Shown here piece by piece: positions 38,659-47,715 of a stretch of DNA of 64,000 nt. A model generated the notes under the pieces. It searched no databases and was not told the origin of the DNA. It was given only the letters and a program-made list of their open reading frames with translations. Origin of the DNA: Candidatus Nomurabacteria bacterium (GTDB lineage Bacteria > Patescibacteriota > Minisyncoccia > Phycocordibacterales > UBA9973); contig JACQGC010000013.1 in the NCBI GenBank assembly GCA_016199805.1, forward strand, positions 66,327 through 130,326, in the 5' to 3' direction. Position numbers and translations under genes: made by a program. Positions within the stretch are counted from its first letter, which is position 1. Each line of letters opens with the position of its first letter.

Positions 38659-40179
38659 ATGCCAGAAAATAAAATAAACAAAATAATATCACGCCCGCCT
38701 GTGGTGGTAGTCATGGGCCATGTGGACCACGGCAAGTCTACGCTTTTGGATTATATCCGAAAAACCAACGTGGTGGAATGTGAAGCCGGAGGCATAACCC
38801 AGTGCATTTCCGCTTATGAAGTCGTGCATAAAAACGAGGAAGGTATTGATAAAAAAATAACCTTTCTGGATACTCCCGGACATGAAGCATTTTCAAAAAT
38901 GCGCGAACGCGGGGCGGAAGTAGCCGATATTGCCATTCTAGTGGTCTCGGCAGCCGATGGAGTAAAACCTCAGACTATAGAAGCTTGGAAAACCATCGTG
39001 GAATCCAAAATCCCCTGCCTGGTGGCCATAAACAAAATAGACAAACCGGGTGCCAATATAGAAAAAACAAAAACGGAACTGGCTGAGCATGAGATTTATT
39101 TGGAAAACTATGGCGGTAAAATTCCGTTTGTGGAAATTTCCGCAAAGATAGGCACCGGCGTAGACAATTTACTCTCACTTATTTTGATTATTGCCGAGAT
39201 GGAAAACTTGACCGGTGATTCCGGTGAAGATGCTTCCGGGTTTGTAATCGAAGTGAACTTGGATTCCAGGCGTGGAATAATGGCAACCCTGCTCATAAAA
39301 AATGGCTCAATCAAGAAAGGGATGACTGTCGCTGTGGAAAATGCAGTTTGTTCCACCCGCATAATCGAGAATTTTATGGGGAAAACGATAGATAATGCCA
39401 CTTTCTCTTCTCCTGTCCGTATCATGGGCTTTGATAAAATGCCGAGAGTGGGAGCGCAGTTCAAATCTTTTGCGAAAAAATCTGACGCGGAAGAATATGC
39501 GGAAAACTGGAAAAGTTTAGAAGTCCTGCCTCTAAGTGGAAGCAAAACCTCTAAGTCAGATAAAAAAATTATCCCGATAATTTTGAAAGCCGATGTTTCC
39601 GGCTCGCTCGAAGCCATCGAGAAAGAAATAGCTAAAATAAAAAATAAAACGGGTGTGGACAACGCCGAGTTTAGAATCATATCAAAAGGAGTGGGGCCTA
39701 TTTCCGAATCGGACATAAAAGGAGTGACTTCGGGAGAAGATGTATTGGTCATAGGGTTCAACGTGAAGGCCGACCGTAGCGCCGTAGAAATAGCCCAAAC
39801 GAGAGGTATAGTAATTTCTCACTTTGAAATTATTTATAAAATGACGGAATGGCTGGAAGAACAAATGGAAGAAAAGAGACCAAAAGTCGAAACCATTGAA
39901 ACGACCGGGCAAGCCAAGATTATCCGAGCCTTCAGCCGCACCAAGGAACGCCAAATAATAGGCGGCAAGGTGACCAGCGGAGAAATAAAATTGAATTCGA
40001 CTGTCAGAATAATGCGCCGGGAATTTGAAATTGGCCGCGGGAAAATTGTAAACTTGGAAAAGAGTAAAACAAAAGTAAGTAGTGTGGAGGAAGGTACAGA
40101 ATTCGGGATGATGCTGGAATCCAAAGTGGAAGTCGTAGCTGGAGATGTCCTCGAATCGTTTGCCATAACTCAAAAATAA
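38659..40179 (+). CDS. infB: translation initiation factor IF-2 (short, no N-domain)
   Basis: [46 protein letters not shown]. Confidence 0.97.
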   Translation: MPENKINKIISRPPVVVVMGHVDHGKSTLLDYIRKTNVVECEAGGITQCISAYEVVHKNEEGIDKKITFLDTPGHEAFSKMRERGAEVADIAILVVSAADGVKPQTIEAWKTIVESKIPCLVAINKIDKPGANIEKTKTELAEHEIYLENYGGKIPFVEISAKIGTGVDNLLSLILIIAEMENLTGDSGEDASGFVIEVNLDSRRGIMATLLIKNGSIKKGMTVAVENAVCSTRIIENFMGKTIDNATFSSPVRIMGFDKMPRVGAQFKSFAKKSDAEEYAENWKSLEVLPLSGSKTSKSDKKIIPIILKADVSGSLEAIEKEIAKIKNKTGVDNAEFRIISKGVGPISESDIKGVTSGEDVLVIGFNVKADRSAVEIAQTRGIVISHFEIIYKMTEWLEEQMEEKRPKVETIETTGQAKIIRAFSRTKERQIIGGKVTSGEIKLNSTVRIMRREFEIGRGKIVNLEKSKTKVSSVEEGTEFGMMLESKVEVVAGDVLESFAITQK

Positions 40180-40182
40180 TTC

Positions 40183-40219
40183 ACCTCACTCTAGCCCTCT
40201 CCTTGTAAAGGAGAGGGGA
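40183..40219. repeat. REP-like singlet (DUF559-associated family)
   Basis: CACCTCACTCTAGCCCTCTCCTTGTAAAGGAGAGGGG. Confidence 0.75.
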
Positions 40220-40227
40220 AATAAATT

Positions 40228-40551
40228 ATGAATCAAAGAAACGAAAAAGTTGCGAATAATATAAAAGAACTCACGGCGCAGTACCTGGGACGTGAGAATA
40301 ATAAAAGCTCTCTCATCACTGTCACCGGTTGCACCGTCTCCCCTGACCTAAAAAGGGCAACTATTTTTATCACTGTCCTGCCGGATTCCAAACAAGACGC
40401 CGCTCTGTTTTTCGTAAAAAGAAATCTGAAAGACGTCCGGGAGTTTCTGAAGGAAAATCTGGCAATAAAAATAATTCCTTTCCTGGATGTGGAGATAGAT
40501 TTGGGCGAAAAGAACCGCCAGAAAATTGACGAACTGCTGCGAAAAACGTAA
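40228..40551 (+). CDS. rbfA: ribosome-binding factor A
   Basis: LITVT...VSPDLKRATIFI, IIPFL...D; follows infB. Confidence 0.88.
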   Translation: MNQRNEKVANNIKELTAQYLGRENNKSSLITVTGCTVSPDLKRATIFITVLPDSKQDAALFFVKRNLKDVREFLKENLAIKIIPFLDVEIDLGEKNRQKIDELLRKT

Positions 40552-40561
40552 ACTGAATTTG

Positions 40562-40597
40562 ACCCCCTCTTTGATTCTCCCCCTTGGCAGGGGGAGT
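40562..40597. repeat. REP-like singlet (same family)
   Basis: ACCCCCTCTTTGATTCTCCCCCTTGGCAGGGGGAGT. Confidence 0.7.
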
Positions 40598-40626
40598 TTG
40601 GTGGAAAGCTTAGGCTTTCTGTAGTT

Positions 40627-40698
40627 GGCCTGGTAGCCAAGTGGTAAGGCATTCCTCTGCAAAAGGAATATACGGCGGTTCAATTCCGCCCCAGGCCT
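40627..40698 (+). tRNA. tRNA-Cys(GCA)
   Basis: GGCCTGG acceptor, TTCCT-CTGCAAA-AGGAA, GGTTCAATTCC. Confidence 0.95.
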
Positions 40699-40814
40699 CA
40701 AAAAATTAAATAATTTTAATTTTTTGCTGGTTCGCCGGAGGCGAAATTGCCGATGCGAGACAAGGTCGAGCAGGCAATAGGAAAAGAAGTATGTTAGAAT
40801 ATTTTAGGATTATT

Positions 40815-40896
40815 GCTCGGGTGGCGGAATTGGTATACGCGTTCGACTTAAAATCGAATCTCGCAAGAGGTATGGGTTCGACTCCCATCCCGAGCA
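40815..40896 (+). tRNA. tRNA-Leu(TAA)
   Basis: GCTCGGG acceptor, TTCGA-CTTAAAA-TCGAA, long variable arm, GGTTCGACTCC. Confidence 0.95.
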
Positions 40897-40918
40897 CCGG
40901 TGTTTTTTAAAAAAATAT

Positions 40919-40991
40919 GCGCCCATAGCTCAGCTGGTAGAGCAGATCCCTCTTAAGGATAAGGTCGTTGGTTCGATCCCAACTGGGCGCA
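40919..40991 (+). tRNA. tRNA-Lys(CTT)
   Basis: GCGCCCA acceptor, ATCC-CTCTTAA-GGAT, GGTTCGATCCC. Confidence 0.95.
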
Positions 40992-41026
40992 CATTGACTA
41001 GGAAAGGCCTAGCATTAAATAATTTT

Positions 41027-41108
41027 GGGCGAGTGGTGTAATTGGTAAACACGCCAGTCTTAGGAACTGGTGGCGCAAGCCGTGAGGGTTCAAGTCCCTC
41101 CTCGCCCA
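41027..41108 (+). tRNA. tRNA-Leu(TAG)
   Basis: GGGCGAG acceptor, CCAGT-CTTAGGA-ACTGG, long variable arm, GGTTCAAGTCC. Confidence 0.95.
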
Positions 41109-41131
41109 CAAAATAGTGGAATATAGCAGAC

Positions 41132-41160
41132 TTGACATTTATGGCACAATATGCTATACT
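41132..41160 (+). promoter_or_regulatory. near-consensus sigma70 promoter, predicted leaderless transcript
   Basis: TTGACA-N17-TATACT with extended -10 TG; ATG 6 nt downstream. Confidence 0.75.
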
Positions 41161-41166
41161 TCACAC

Positions 41167-41928
41167 ATGAAGAAAATAAATAACAAATCAATAAATTTGA
41201 GCTTGAAAGTGCTGACTATTTTGGCTTTTGGCCTGATTTTTATCCCTTTTAACAAGGTTTCCGCTCAATCTGCCGGCTACAATTATGTTTACAGTAGCAA
41301 TACCGGACAGCAAGTCTACAACCCGGTGGATATAAACAATCCGAGTCCATCTATCGACGCCATCAGCCCAAAATCCAGCAACTTGGGTGTAGGTACAAAG
41401 ACTATCACCATTACCGGTAGTGGCTTTGTACCCAGCTCTGTCGCCAGAATAAATTCTGCCAACCGTACTACGACATTCATAGACCGCTCTCACCTCTTGG
41501 TGCAGATTACCGGCAATGACACTTATGCGTACAAAACCAACGGAGGATTTTATATCACTGTGTACAACGGTGCGCCGGGTGGAGGATTTTCCAACGCAGT
41601 TTTCTTTATTGTAAATAGCAACACCTCAGTAGCGGCTACAAACAATGCCAACAACTACAATTACGGCTCTGCCACAACCAACTACACTGACACGAACACA
41701 AACCAAAACACAAACGATACATTTACCGATACACCAAACGATGCAACCAATCCTGACAGCGGAAACGCCCTCGCCTCCAATGCCATCTTCGGGTCAAATA
41801 GTTTCTTACCTTCCGGCTTGATACAATGGATTCTGTTTGCGATATTTGTCCTCATCATAGTCATCTTAGCCAGAAGGATTTTCGGAGCCAAAGAGAACTA
41901 CGAGACTTCGCCTTTGAAACACGAGTAA
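41167..41928 (+). CDS. IPT/TIG-domain surface protein with C-terminal TM anchor
   Basis: Signal peptide, PSIDAISP...ITITGSGF, Asn/Thr linker, LASNAIFG..FLPSGLIQWIL TM. Confidence 0.75.
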   Translation: MKKINNKSINLSLKVLTILAFGLIFIPFNKVSAQSAGYNYVYSSNTGQQVYNPVDINNPSPSIDAISPKSSNLGVGTKTITITGSGFVPSSVARINSANRTTTFIDRSHLLVQITGNDTYAYKTNGGFYITVYNGAPGGGFSNAVFFIVNSNTSVAATNNANNYNYGSATTNYTDTNTNQNTNDTFTDTPNDATNPDSGNALASNAIFGSNSFLPSGLIQWILFAIFVLIIVILARRIFGAKENYETSPLKHE

Positions 41929-41935
41929 TGGAATT

Positions 41936-42018
41936 ATTCTCCTCTTGAGGAGTACCCTTTAGGGGGAGGTGGATGCATTTCCACCCCGGCGCAAGCGCCA
42001 CCCCTCAACGAGGGGAAT
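41936..42018. repeat. REP-like inverted doublet (CCCCTC..GAGGGG/GGTGG class)
   Basis: TCTCCTCTTGAGGAG...GGGGGAGGTGG ... CCACCCCGGCGCAAGCGCCACCCCTCAACGAGGGGAA. Confidence 0.7.
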
Positions 42019-42022
42019 CATA

Positions 42023-42056
42023 CGAAAAAGTCAGCCCGAAGGGGTTGACTTTTTCG
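42023..42056 (+). terminator. intrinsic terminator overlapping the -35 of the next promoter
   Basis: CGAAAAAGTCAGCCC-gaag-GGGTTGACTTTTTCG; TTGACT(42045)-N17-TACAAT(42068). Confidence 0.75.
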
Positions 42057-42145
42057 TTTTGTTGTGATACAATGAGTAGGCACTAGTTATTCGAAATCAG
42101 AATAAGTTTTAGGTTTTGCGCTTACGGGCGCGAGGAGAAAAACAT

Positions 42146-43042
42146 ATGACTAGTAGAATCCTGGGCGCGGTGTGTGCCCTTTTCGTGCTCGCAAGCGCCT
42201 ACATGGTGTTCAGCGAGTTTTCTTGGTCATGGTCTTGGCTACTCCTAGTAGTCTGGACCATCGTCCTTAGTAGTTGGTACATGGGCGGATGGAAGAAAAT
42301 CGGGGGAGATGAGCTTGGCTGGAGAGCAGCCATTCTCTTACTCGGACAACGAACTTCCGGAGAAGTTGGTGAAGGTTGGCAATGGGTGCCGTTCCCTTTC
42401 GGGATAAAGCCGGTAGATTGTCGTGAGACAATCATAAAGCTTGACGCACTGGATGTTTTCACATCAGACACAGTGCCGGTAAAAATCGACGGTAGTATTG
42501 CAATAGAAATCGTCGACATAAACCTGTACCTTAGCGTTAATCCAGCCGGTCTTAAACAGGGATTGGACGATCTTTGGGACGAAGCGATTCGTAATAAGGT
42601 CGCAACAATTGCCTTGGATCAATTGCTACTGTCAAAAGAAACCCTAGAAAAACACGCACACATTGTTCTCAACCCTGAGGATGAGGAAAAAAAGCCACGT
42701 AATCGCTGGGGTTTTAAGGTGACAGGAGTTATTGTCTCCAAAATCTCGCCCGATCAAAAGATGACTGACGACTTAGAACTTGCCGCGCGTGAAGAACGCC
42801 AGCGTAAAGGTCAGCGAGTGCAGGCCAAACACCAGGCGGAATTGATCAAATTCTTTTCGGGTCATGAAAAGCTAGGAACCGATGGACCTGAAGGACCTGG
42901 ACTTTCCGCCGAGCTGGCCTATGAGGCATCGCTGATCCACATGGACAAGGCCGAACCGAAGAAACTTTCTTCGAGCACGTTTGGGCTTGATCCGGCAATT
43001 GTCACTGCGATTGTCGACGAATTGAGAAGGAGGAGACCATGA
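42146..43042 (+). CDS. SPFH/band-7 domain membrane protein
   Basis: Two TM, LLLGQRT..VGEGWQWVPFP, DVFTSD.VPVKID, RWGFKVTGV.V..I.P; SD GAGGAG. Confidence 0.75.
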   Translation: MTSRILGAVCALFVLASAYMVFSEFSWSWSWLLLVVWTIVLSSWYMGGWKKIGGDELGWRAAILLLGQRTSGEVGEGWQWVPFPFGIKPVDCRETIIKLDALDVFTSDTVPVKIDGSIAIEIVDINLYLSVNPAGLKQGLDDLWDEAIRNKVATIALDQLLLSKETLEKHAHIVLNPEDEEKKPRNRWGFKVTGVIVSKISPDQKMTDDLELAAREERQRKGQRVQAKHQAELIKFFSGHEKLGTDGPEGPGLSAELAYEASLIHMDKAEPKKLSSSTFGLDPAIVTAIVDELRRRRP

Positions 43043-43527
43043 CACCATCTTCACCAACGACGCCAACCCAAAAACCCATTCGCCTCGGGACTTGGATAGG
43101 GGTAATCGGGGTTTTAATCTTTATTGTAATGGTAGTTGTTTTCTCTCTAGCTAGCTCATCAAGAACAACAGTAGAAAATAAAGCCGAAGCGGAAAATGCA
43201 GCTGCACAAGAAATAGCTGCCGCGTACGCCCGCAGTCTGGCTGCCCAGGAAGCCGCGCAGGTGATTCCCGAAGTACCGGGATTCCCTCGCGCTGGCGACG
43301 GATACCCAACCAAGGACAAGCCTACTAAGGCTTGGATTGACCCCAACAAGACCCACACTCGGGCTACGGCGGCAGTACAATACTGCGTCGCTGATCCCGA
43401 AAACAGCGAGATGTGCTGGACCGACCATATGGACGGTCATGATGTAGGGTTTCGTAATTTCCCGGCTGGACCATACCTCGTCTCCCCGCTTGGAGATGGC
43501 AAGGTTTTCTTCCACTGGTGGCAGTAA
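43039..43527 (+). CDS. hypothetical single-TM protein coupled to the SPFH gene
   Basis: ATGA overlap, SD AGGAGG, N-terminal TM, Cys pair. Confidence 0.7.
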   Translation: MTPSSPTTPTQKPIRLGTWIGVIGVLIFIVMVVVFSLASSSRTTVENKAEAENAAAQEIAAAYARSLAAQEAAQVIPEVPGFPRAGDGYPTKDKPTKAWIDPNKTHTRATAAVQYCVADPENSEMCWTDHMDGHDVGFRNFPAGPYLVSPLGDGKVFFHWWQ

Positions 43528-43574
43528 TTCTTCGCTAGTAGTAATGGCCGTAATCACGTTGGCCACGTAACACA

Positions 43575-43605
43575 AAAGGGGCGCTCGTTTACGAGACGCC
43601 CCTTT
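43575..43605. terminator. bidirectional terminator
   Basis: AAAGGGGCG-CTCGTTTACGAGA-CGCCCCTTT between convergent genes. Confidence 0.75.
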
Positions 43606-43634
43606 AGCATTTCTATTTAGTATTTTCCCCTTAC

Positions 43635-43973
43635 TTACTCGCTTAGATGCACTTCCCCTGTCTCCGGAGTCACTCCCTTTATGCCAAAAGTATTTATAAC
43701 TATGTTGAGTATCGTAAAGACTCCGAGCATAATAGTAATCCCGATGACACCCCAGAGCATGTGGCTTTTGCCTGAAGTTTTTTTCTCTTCGTTTTCTTGA
43801 TTCATTATAAACTCGAGAACGCCATAGAGAAAATAAACCACAGCTAGCGCAAATAAAAGTCCAATCAGCGGGTTGATAATCAGATTATCAACATTGGCGA
43901 TGAATCCGTTCAGGCTCGTGCTGGGTGCAGCATAGGCTATCTTTGTGCTAAAAAAACTAAGCAGTAAATCCAT
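43635..43973 (-). CDS. VirB2/TrbC-like CPR pilin
   Basis: AYA signal, two TM, EEKKTSGKSHMLWGVIG. Confidence 0.75.
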   Translation of the reverse strand: MDLLLSFFSTKIAYAAPSTSLNGFIANVDNLIINPLIGLLFALAVVYFLYGVLEFIMNQENEEKKTSGKSHMLWGVIGITIMLGVFTILNIVINTFGIKGVTPETGEVHLSE

Positions 43974-43977
43974 ATTT

Positions 43978-44388
43978 TTATTGAACTACGGGTACTGTAG
44001 GAAGCGTAATGTTTGCACTGTTACCGACATTGAAAAATGTGTTTTTCAAAACATTTACAAGTCCCCACATACCGATAATCACAGCCAAACCGATGATGCC
44101 GTAAATAATTCTGTCTCGTCCTCTTGTCTTTGCCTCTTCGTCATTGGCAACAACGAAGGTAATGACTCCCCAGACAAAGTAAACGACTCCTAGGGCTATC
44201 AACACAGGAACTACAGCATTTAGAAATACTCCGATTCTGCATAGTAATCCAAACAAAGTTGCGTTTTGTCCGGCATAGGCTGCAGGATCGCAAGATGTAG
44301 TACTACCATTTATAGTAACCTGCGCGAATGCGACGATAGGCGCTAAAGCGAAAAACACACCCGACAATACCATTAAATTCTTTTTCAT
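43978..44388 (-). CDS. VirB2/TrbC-like CPR pilin
   Basis: AFAQ signal, EEAKTRGRDRIIYGIIGLAVI; ATG at 44388 preferred. Confidence 0.8.
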   Translation of the reverse strand: MKKNLMVLSGVFFALAPIVAFAQVTINGSTTSCDPAAYAGQNATLFGLLCRIGVFLNAVVPVLIALGVVYFVWGVITFVVANDEEAKTRGRDRIIYGIIGLAVIIGMWGLVNVLKNTFFNVGNSANITLPTVPVVQ

Positions 44389-44396
44389 ACGATTTT

Positions 44397-44433
44397 GCGA
44401 AATCGTGTCGCGCAACCGTCCTTTAAGCGCGAC
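44397..44433. repeat. 38-bp hairpin repeat, copy 2
   Basis: Matches 662-699 with a compensatory stem change. Confidence 0.8.
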
Positions 44434-44525
44434 GCAATTAACGAACTTATAATAAATGCGACCTAATAATAATTAAACTAATAATGTTACTTAATTATAC
44501 CCCTTGCCCAAATATGAAGCAAATT

Positions 44526-45233
44526 CTACTTTTGAGGCGGAACCACAGTAGGAAGCACAGAACTCCCTGTCTTGATTGCAAAAGTAGTCTGTAGAATATT
44601 AACCAAACCCCAAACCGAAAGCATGACCGCTAGGGCAATTATCCCCCAAATCATAAACTGCTTACCTTGCGCCCTTTTGGCTTCCTCGTCGGCATCAAGA
44701 ATGAGAAACTTTACCACTCCCCAAATAAACATAACCACAGCCAGCGCAAAAATGAATGGAATGATCGAGTTGCCTATGATACAGGTAAAGAAATCAAGAT
44801 AGTCGGAAAGTTTTGGTTTTCCTGCACCCAAGTCAGGACAACCGGAACCGGAATTTTTTGTAGTGGTCACTAAATTACCAAGGTCGGGAGTTTGACCGAC
44901 TCCCAAGCCGGTTGTTCCGCCTAAGCCGAATGTCTGATTTAGGATAGCTACCAATCCCCAGATGCTGACTATGACCGCCAAACCGATGATGCCGTAAATA
45001 ATTCTGTCGCGGCCATTCTTTTTAGCTTCCTCTCCATCAGCAATGAAATATTGCACCATTCCCCAGATAAAATATAAGACGCCAAATGCAACCAAAACCG
45101 GTAAAATAGCTTTAAAAAGATCGCTAATCTTGGTAATCACATCCGTCAAACCAGTGGCTTGAGCGGAAGCAATAAACGGTACAAAAACTGCAAGTAAAAG
45201 TATTGTAATAAATTTTAATAAATTTTTTTTCAT
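44526..45233 (-). CDS. tandem double-domain VirB2/TrbC-like pilin
   Basis: Two repeats: EEAKKNGRDRIIYGIIG and EEAKRAQGKQFMIWGII. Confidence 0.8.
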   Translation of the reverse strand: MKKNLLKFITILLLAVFVPFIASAQATGLTDVITKISDLFKAILPVLVAFGVLYFIWGMVQYFIADGEEAKKNGRDRIIYGIIGLAVIVSIWGLVAILNQTFGLGGTTGLGVGQTPDLGNLVTTTKNSGSGCPDLGAGKPKLSDYLDFFTCIIGNSIIPFIFALAVVMFIWGVVKFLILDADEEAKRAQGKQFMIWGIIALAVMLSVWGLVNILQTTFAIKTGSSVLPTVVPPQK

Positions 45234-45234
45234 G

Positions 45235-45537
45235 TTATTTAGGTAATAATTTATTAAGGTCAGAGTTATTTATGTAGTTGTTGTCGTCCAAATTAAAAGT
45301 ATTAACAAGAATAAATACAAGTCCCCATACACTAATAATCACAGTCAGACCGATAATGCCATAGATAATCCCGTCTTTCCCTTTCTTTTTTGCTTCTTCG
45401 CTATCACCAATCATATATTGCACTATACCCCAAACAAGATAAACCACACCCAGAGCAACCAAGACAGGAATAACAGCTCCAAATATCTCATTTATTTTAC
45501 ACAACACACTAAGTATACCGGGATTACATGTACTCAT
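45235..45537 (-). CDS. VirB2/TrbC-like CPR pilin
   Basis: EEAKKKGKDGIIYGIIG. Confidence 0.8.
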   Translation of the reverse strand: MSTCNPGILSVLCKINEIFGAVIPVLVALGVVYLVWGIVQYMIGDSEEAKKKGKDGIIYGIIGLTVIISVWGLVFILVNTFNLDDNNYINNSDLNKLLPK

Positions 45538-45563
45538 AACAAATTAAGTTAAATTAATAATAT

Positions 45564-45932
45564 TTACAAAGCCAAAACGGTGGCAGATATCATCTGCGCT
45601 ATCGCCCACGCACCCAATAATATCGCCGCACCTATCATTGTATAGAGCAAGGCGTCTTTGGCGTGAGTAATCTTTTCCGAGTTTCCTCTGGCAAAAACAA
45701 ACAGAAAACCGCAGTAAATGACGGCCAGCGCCACGACGGGAATTCCTATTTTGAGCATACCTTCCAGGATGCTTTGAATGAGTCCGGGTAAAGTGTTGTT
45801 GGTATTTAGTGGGTTACATATGACTCCCTTGGAAGGATCACAAGCGGGGTCATTGGCAAGAGAAATAACAGGTAAAACAGAAACATACGCGAGTACCGCC
45901 AACTTCTGCCAATTTTTTTGAATGAAATTCAT
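45564..45932 (-). CDS. VirB2/TrbC-like CPR pilin
   Basis: NPL, IYCGFLFVFARGNSEKITHAK..LLYT.IG. Confidence 0.8.
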   Translation of the reverse strand: MNFIQKNWQKLAVLAYVSVLPVISLANDPACDPSKGVICNPLNTNNTLPGLIQSILEGMLKIGIPVVALAVIYCGFLFVFARGNSEKITHAKDALLYTMIGAAILLGAWAIAQMISATVLAL

Positions 45933-45960
45933 TGTTCTTTAATTATATACCTTTTTTCTG

Positions 45961-46371
45961 CTAAAAACCAATCCAGGCGCCACTATAGCCCAAAATCGAT
46001 AATAATGTCTTGACTATAAGCCAGGCCGCGGCGGCGAGGATGAGGCCAATCACCGCGTTGGTAAAGACTTTTTTGGCTATACCCCTCTTCTCGGTGCTGC
46101 CTCCGGAGCTTACCAGCTCGAATCCGGCATACACAAACATTATGGCCGCAATCGGTATGGCCATGAAATAAAGGGCAAAATTTATGAGCGTGTTTACCAG
46201 GGTCATCAGCGCATTAAAATCACAGGGGCCGGGATTGCTTTTTGTTAAACATGGCACCAGTCCGGAAGTCGGAGGAGTGTTCGCCAGAGAAAAAGCCGGA
46301 ACGGCCAGCAACACAGCAAGCACAATTACGAATGTATAATTACGAATTACGAATTTTTTTACTTTTTGCAT
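45961..46371 (-). CDS. VirB2/TrbC-like CPR pilin
   Basis: GLVPC..C, YAGFELVSSGGSTEKRGIAKK.FTNAVIGL. Confidence 0.8.
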   Translation of the reverse strand: MQKVKKFVIRNYTFVIVLAVLLAVPAFSLANTPPTSGLVPCLTKSNPGPCDFNALMTLVNTLINFALYFMAIPIAAIMFVYAGFELVSSGGSTEKRGIAKKVFTNAVIGLILAAAAWLIVKTLLSILGYSGAWIGF

Positions 46372-46394
46372 TTTATTACTTTACGAACTTTTTA

Positions 46395-47684
46395 CTATCT
46401 CGAGAAGAGCAGACTCATTTTGGCACTCGCATCTTTGATGGAGTCCCCGACCGACATGTTATTGGAAAGCACATTATTAATCATACCACTAAAAATATTA
46501 TCTGTGTCTTTCGAAGATGGGTCCACCCAGCTTTTGGCGTATAGAGCGGAGCTGTAAAAAATCGGTGAATAGGCATCTGTGGGCTTGATGGCAAGCAAAT
46601 CTCGCCTGGCCGGAGCCACACCCGTAGCCAGGGCAAACTTGGCCGCAAAATCACTAGTAGCCATACGGCTCGCGGCCACAAAGGCCGTATTGATGTTCTT
46701 GGAAAAAGCCGAGATGGCCAGCCCGGTGACTCTGGCGCTGGTAAGTTTAAAATTCGCATTCTTCATCTGGGGAAACGGGGCTATAAAAAAGTTTTGATTT
46801 GGATTTCTATTTACGAGAGTTTGTAGCTCGGAAGCAAAGCCAAAATAAAGTGCCGAATTTTCCGATGAAAAAACATCCAGAGAACTTGGAAAGGACGCAT
46901 TCCAGGAATACGTGGCGACATTGTTTGGGTCGGCAAAATCCGTATAAAATTTTAGCACGCCGGGAAGATTGGTATTCCCTGCCGATGAATCCAAGGTTGA
47001 GCTGAAAATACCGCCTGATTCCGCGACGATAGGATTTCCGGCTTGCATAAACAAGGCGGCCAAAATATCTTTGGCATTATTCACATTTGAATAGTGTCCG
47101 AGTGCTACTTCCGGTTTTACTATTTTATTTGAACTGTCTTTTTTGACCAGGGTCGGCACAAGAGCTACTAAATCATCCCAGGTGGCGGGTGGATACACTA
47201 CTCCGCTCGCATCCAAAATACTTCGGTTGTAGTACATCATGAGCGGGTCTACAGACATTGGAAAAGCCAAGATGCCCTTCCCTGTCAGAAATACTTCCCC
47301 TGCTCCGGCAAAAACATTTTTAAAAGAAGAGAGCGGGTAGCTGGAATACGGAATGGCCAAAATTTTGTTGGCATAATGAAAGGCCAAATCGTCCGGTAAG
47401 AAAAAAATATCTGGGCCGGAACCGGTAGCCAGGGCTTCAAGTAAATCTTGGTCAAAAGTATCTGAAGACTTTTGCACATATTTCACCACAAAAGTCGGGT
47501 TGGCATTATTAAAATCCTCGAGCGGAGCGTTTATCATACTCGTAGGCACTGTGCCCCATAGAGTAACCGTGCCCAGACTGGCTGTATTGTCACTCCCCAA
47601 TTTTATCGCTCCGGAAAAAACCAAAATACCGAAAATAGCGGCGGCAATGAATACGATTAAAATAATAAGTTGAAAATTTTTCAT
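46395..47684 (-). CDS. extracellular solute-binding protein (sugar-binding family 1-like)
   Basis: N-terminal TM, VTLWG, ALATGSGPDIF, P.SVDPL.MYYN, PPATWDD. Confidence 0.8.
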   Translation of the reverse strand: MKNFQLIILIVFIAAAIFGILVFSGAIKLGSDNTASLGTVTLWGTVPTSMINAPLEDFNNANPTFVVKYVQKSSDTFDQDLLEALATGSGPDIFFLPDDLAFHYANKILAIPYSSYPLSSFKNVFAGAGEVFLTGKGILAFPMSVDPLMMYYNRSILDASGVVYPPATWDDLVALVPTLVKKDSSNKIVKPEVALGHYSNVNNAKDILAALFMQAGNPIVAESGGIFSSTLDSSAGNTNLPGVLKFYTDFADPNNVATYSWNASFPSSLDVFSSENSALYFGFASELQTLVNRNPNQNFFIAPFPQMKNANFKLTSARVTGLAISAFSKNINTAFVAASRMATSDFAAKFALATGVAPARRDLLAIKPTDAYSPIFYSSALYAKSWVDPSSKDTDNIFSGMINNVLSNNMSVGDSIKDASAKMSLLFSR

Positions 47685-47715
47685 TTTTACTTTACGAACT
47701 TTATAACTTTCTACT

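Noticed and set aside
13720-40179. Short L13, AlaRS and IF-2 as pseudogenes; tRNAs lacking CCA
   Set aside because: Catalytic and core motifs are intact. Such trimming and non-encoded CCA are ordinary in this kind of genome.
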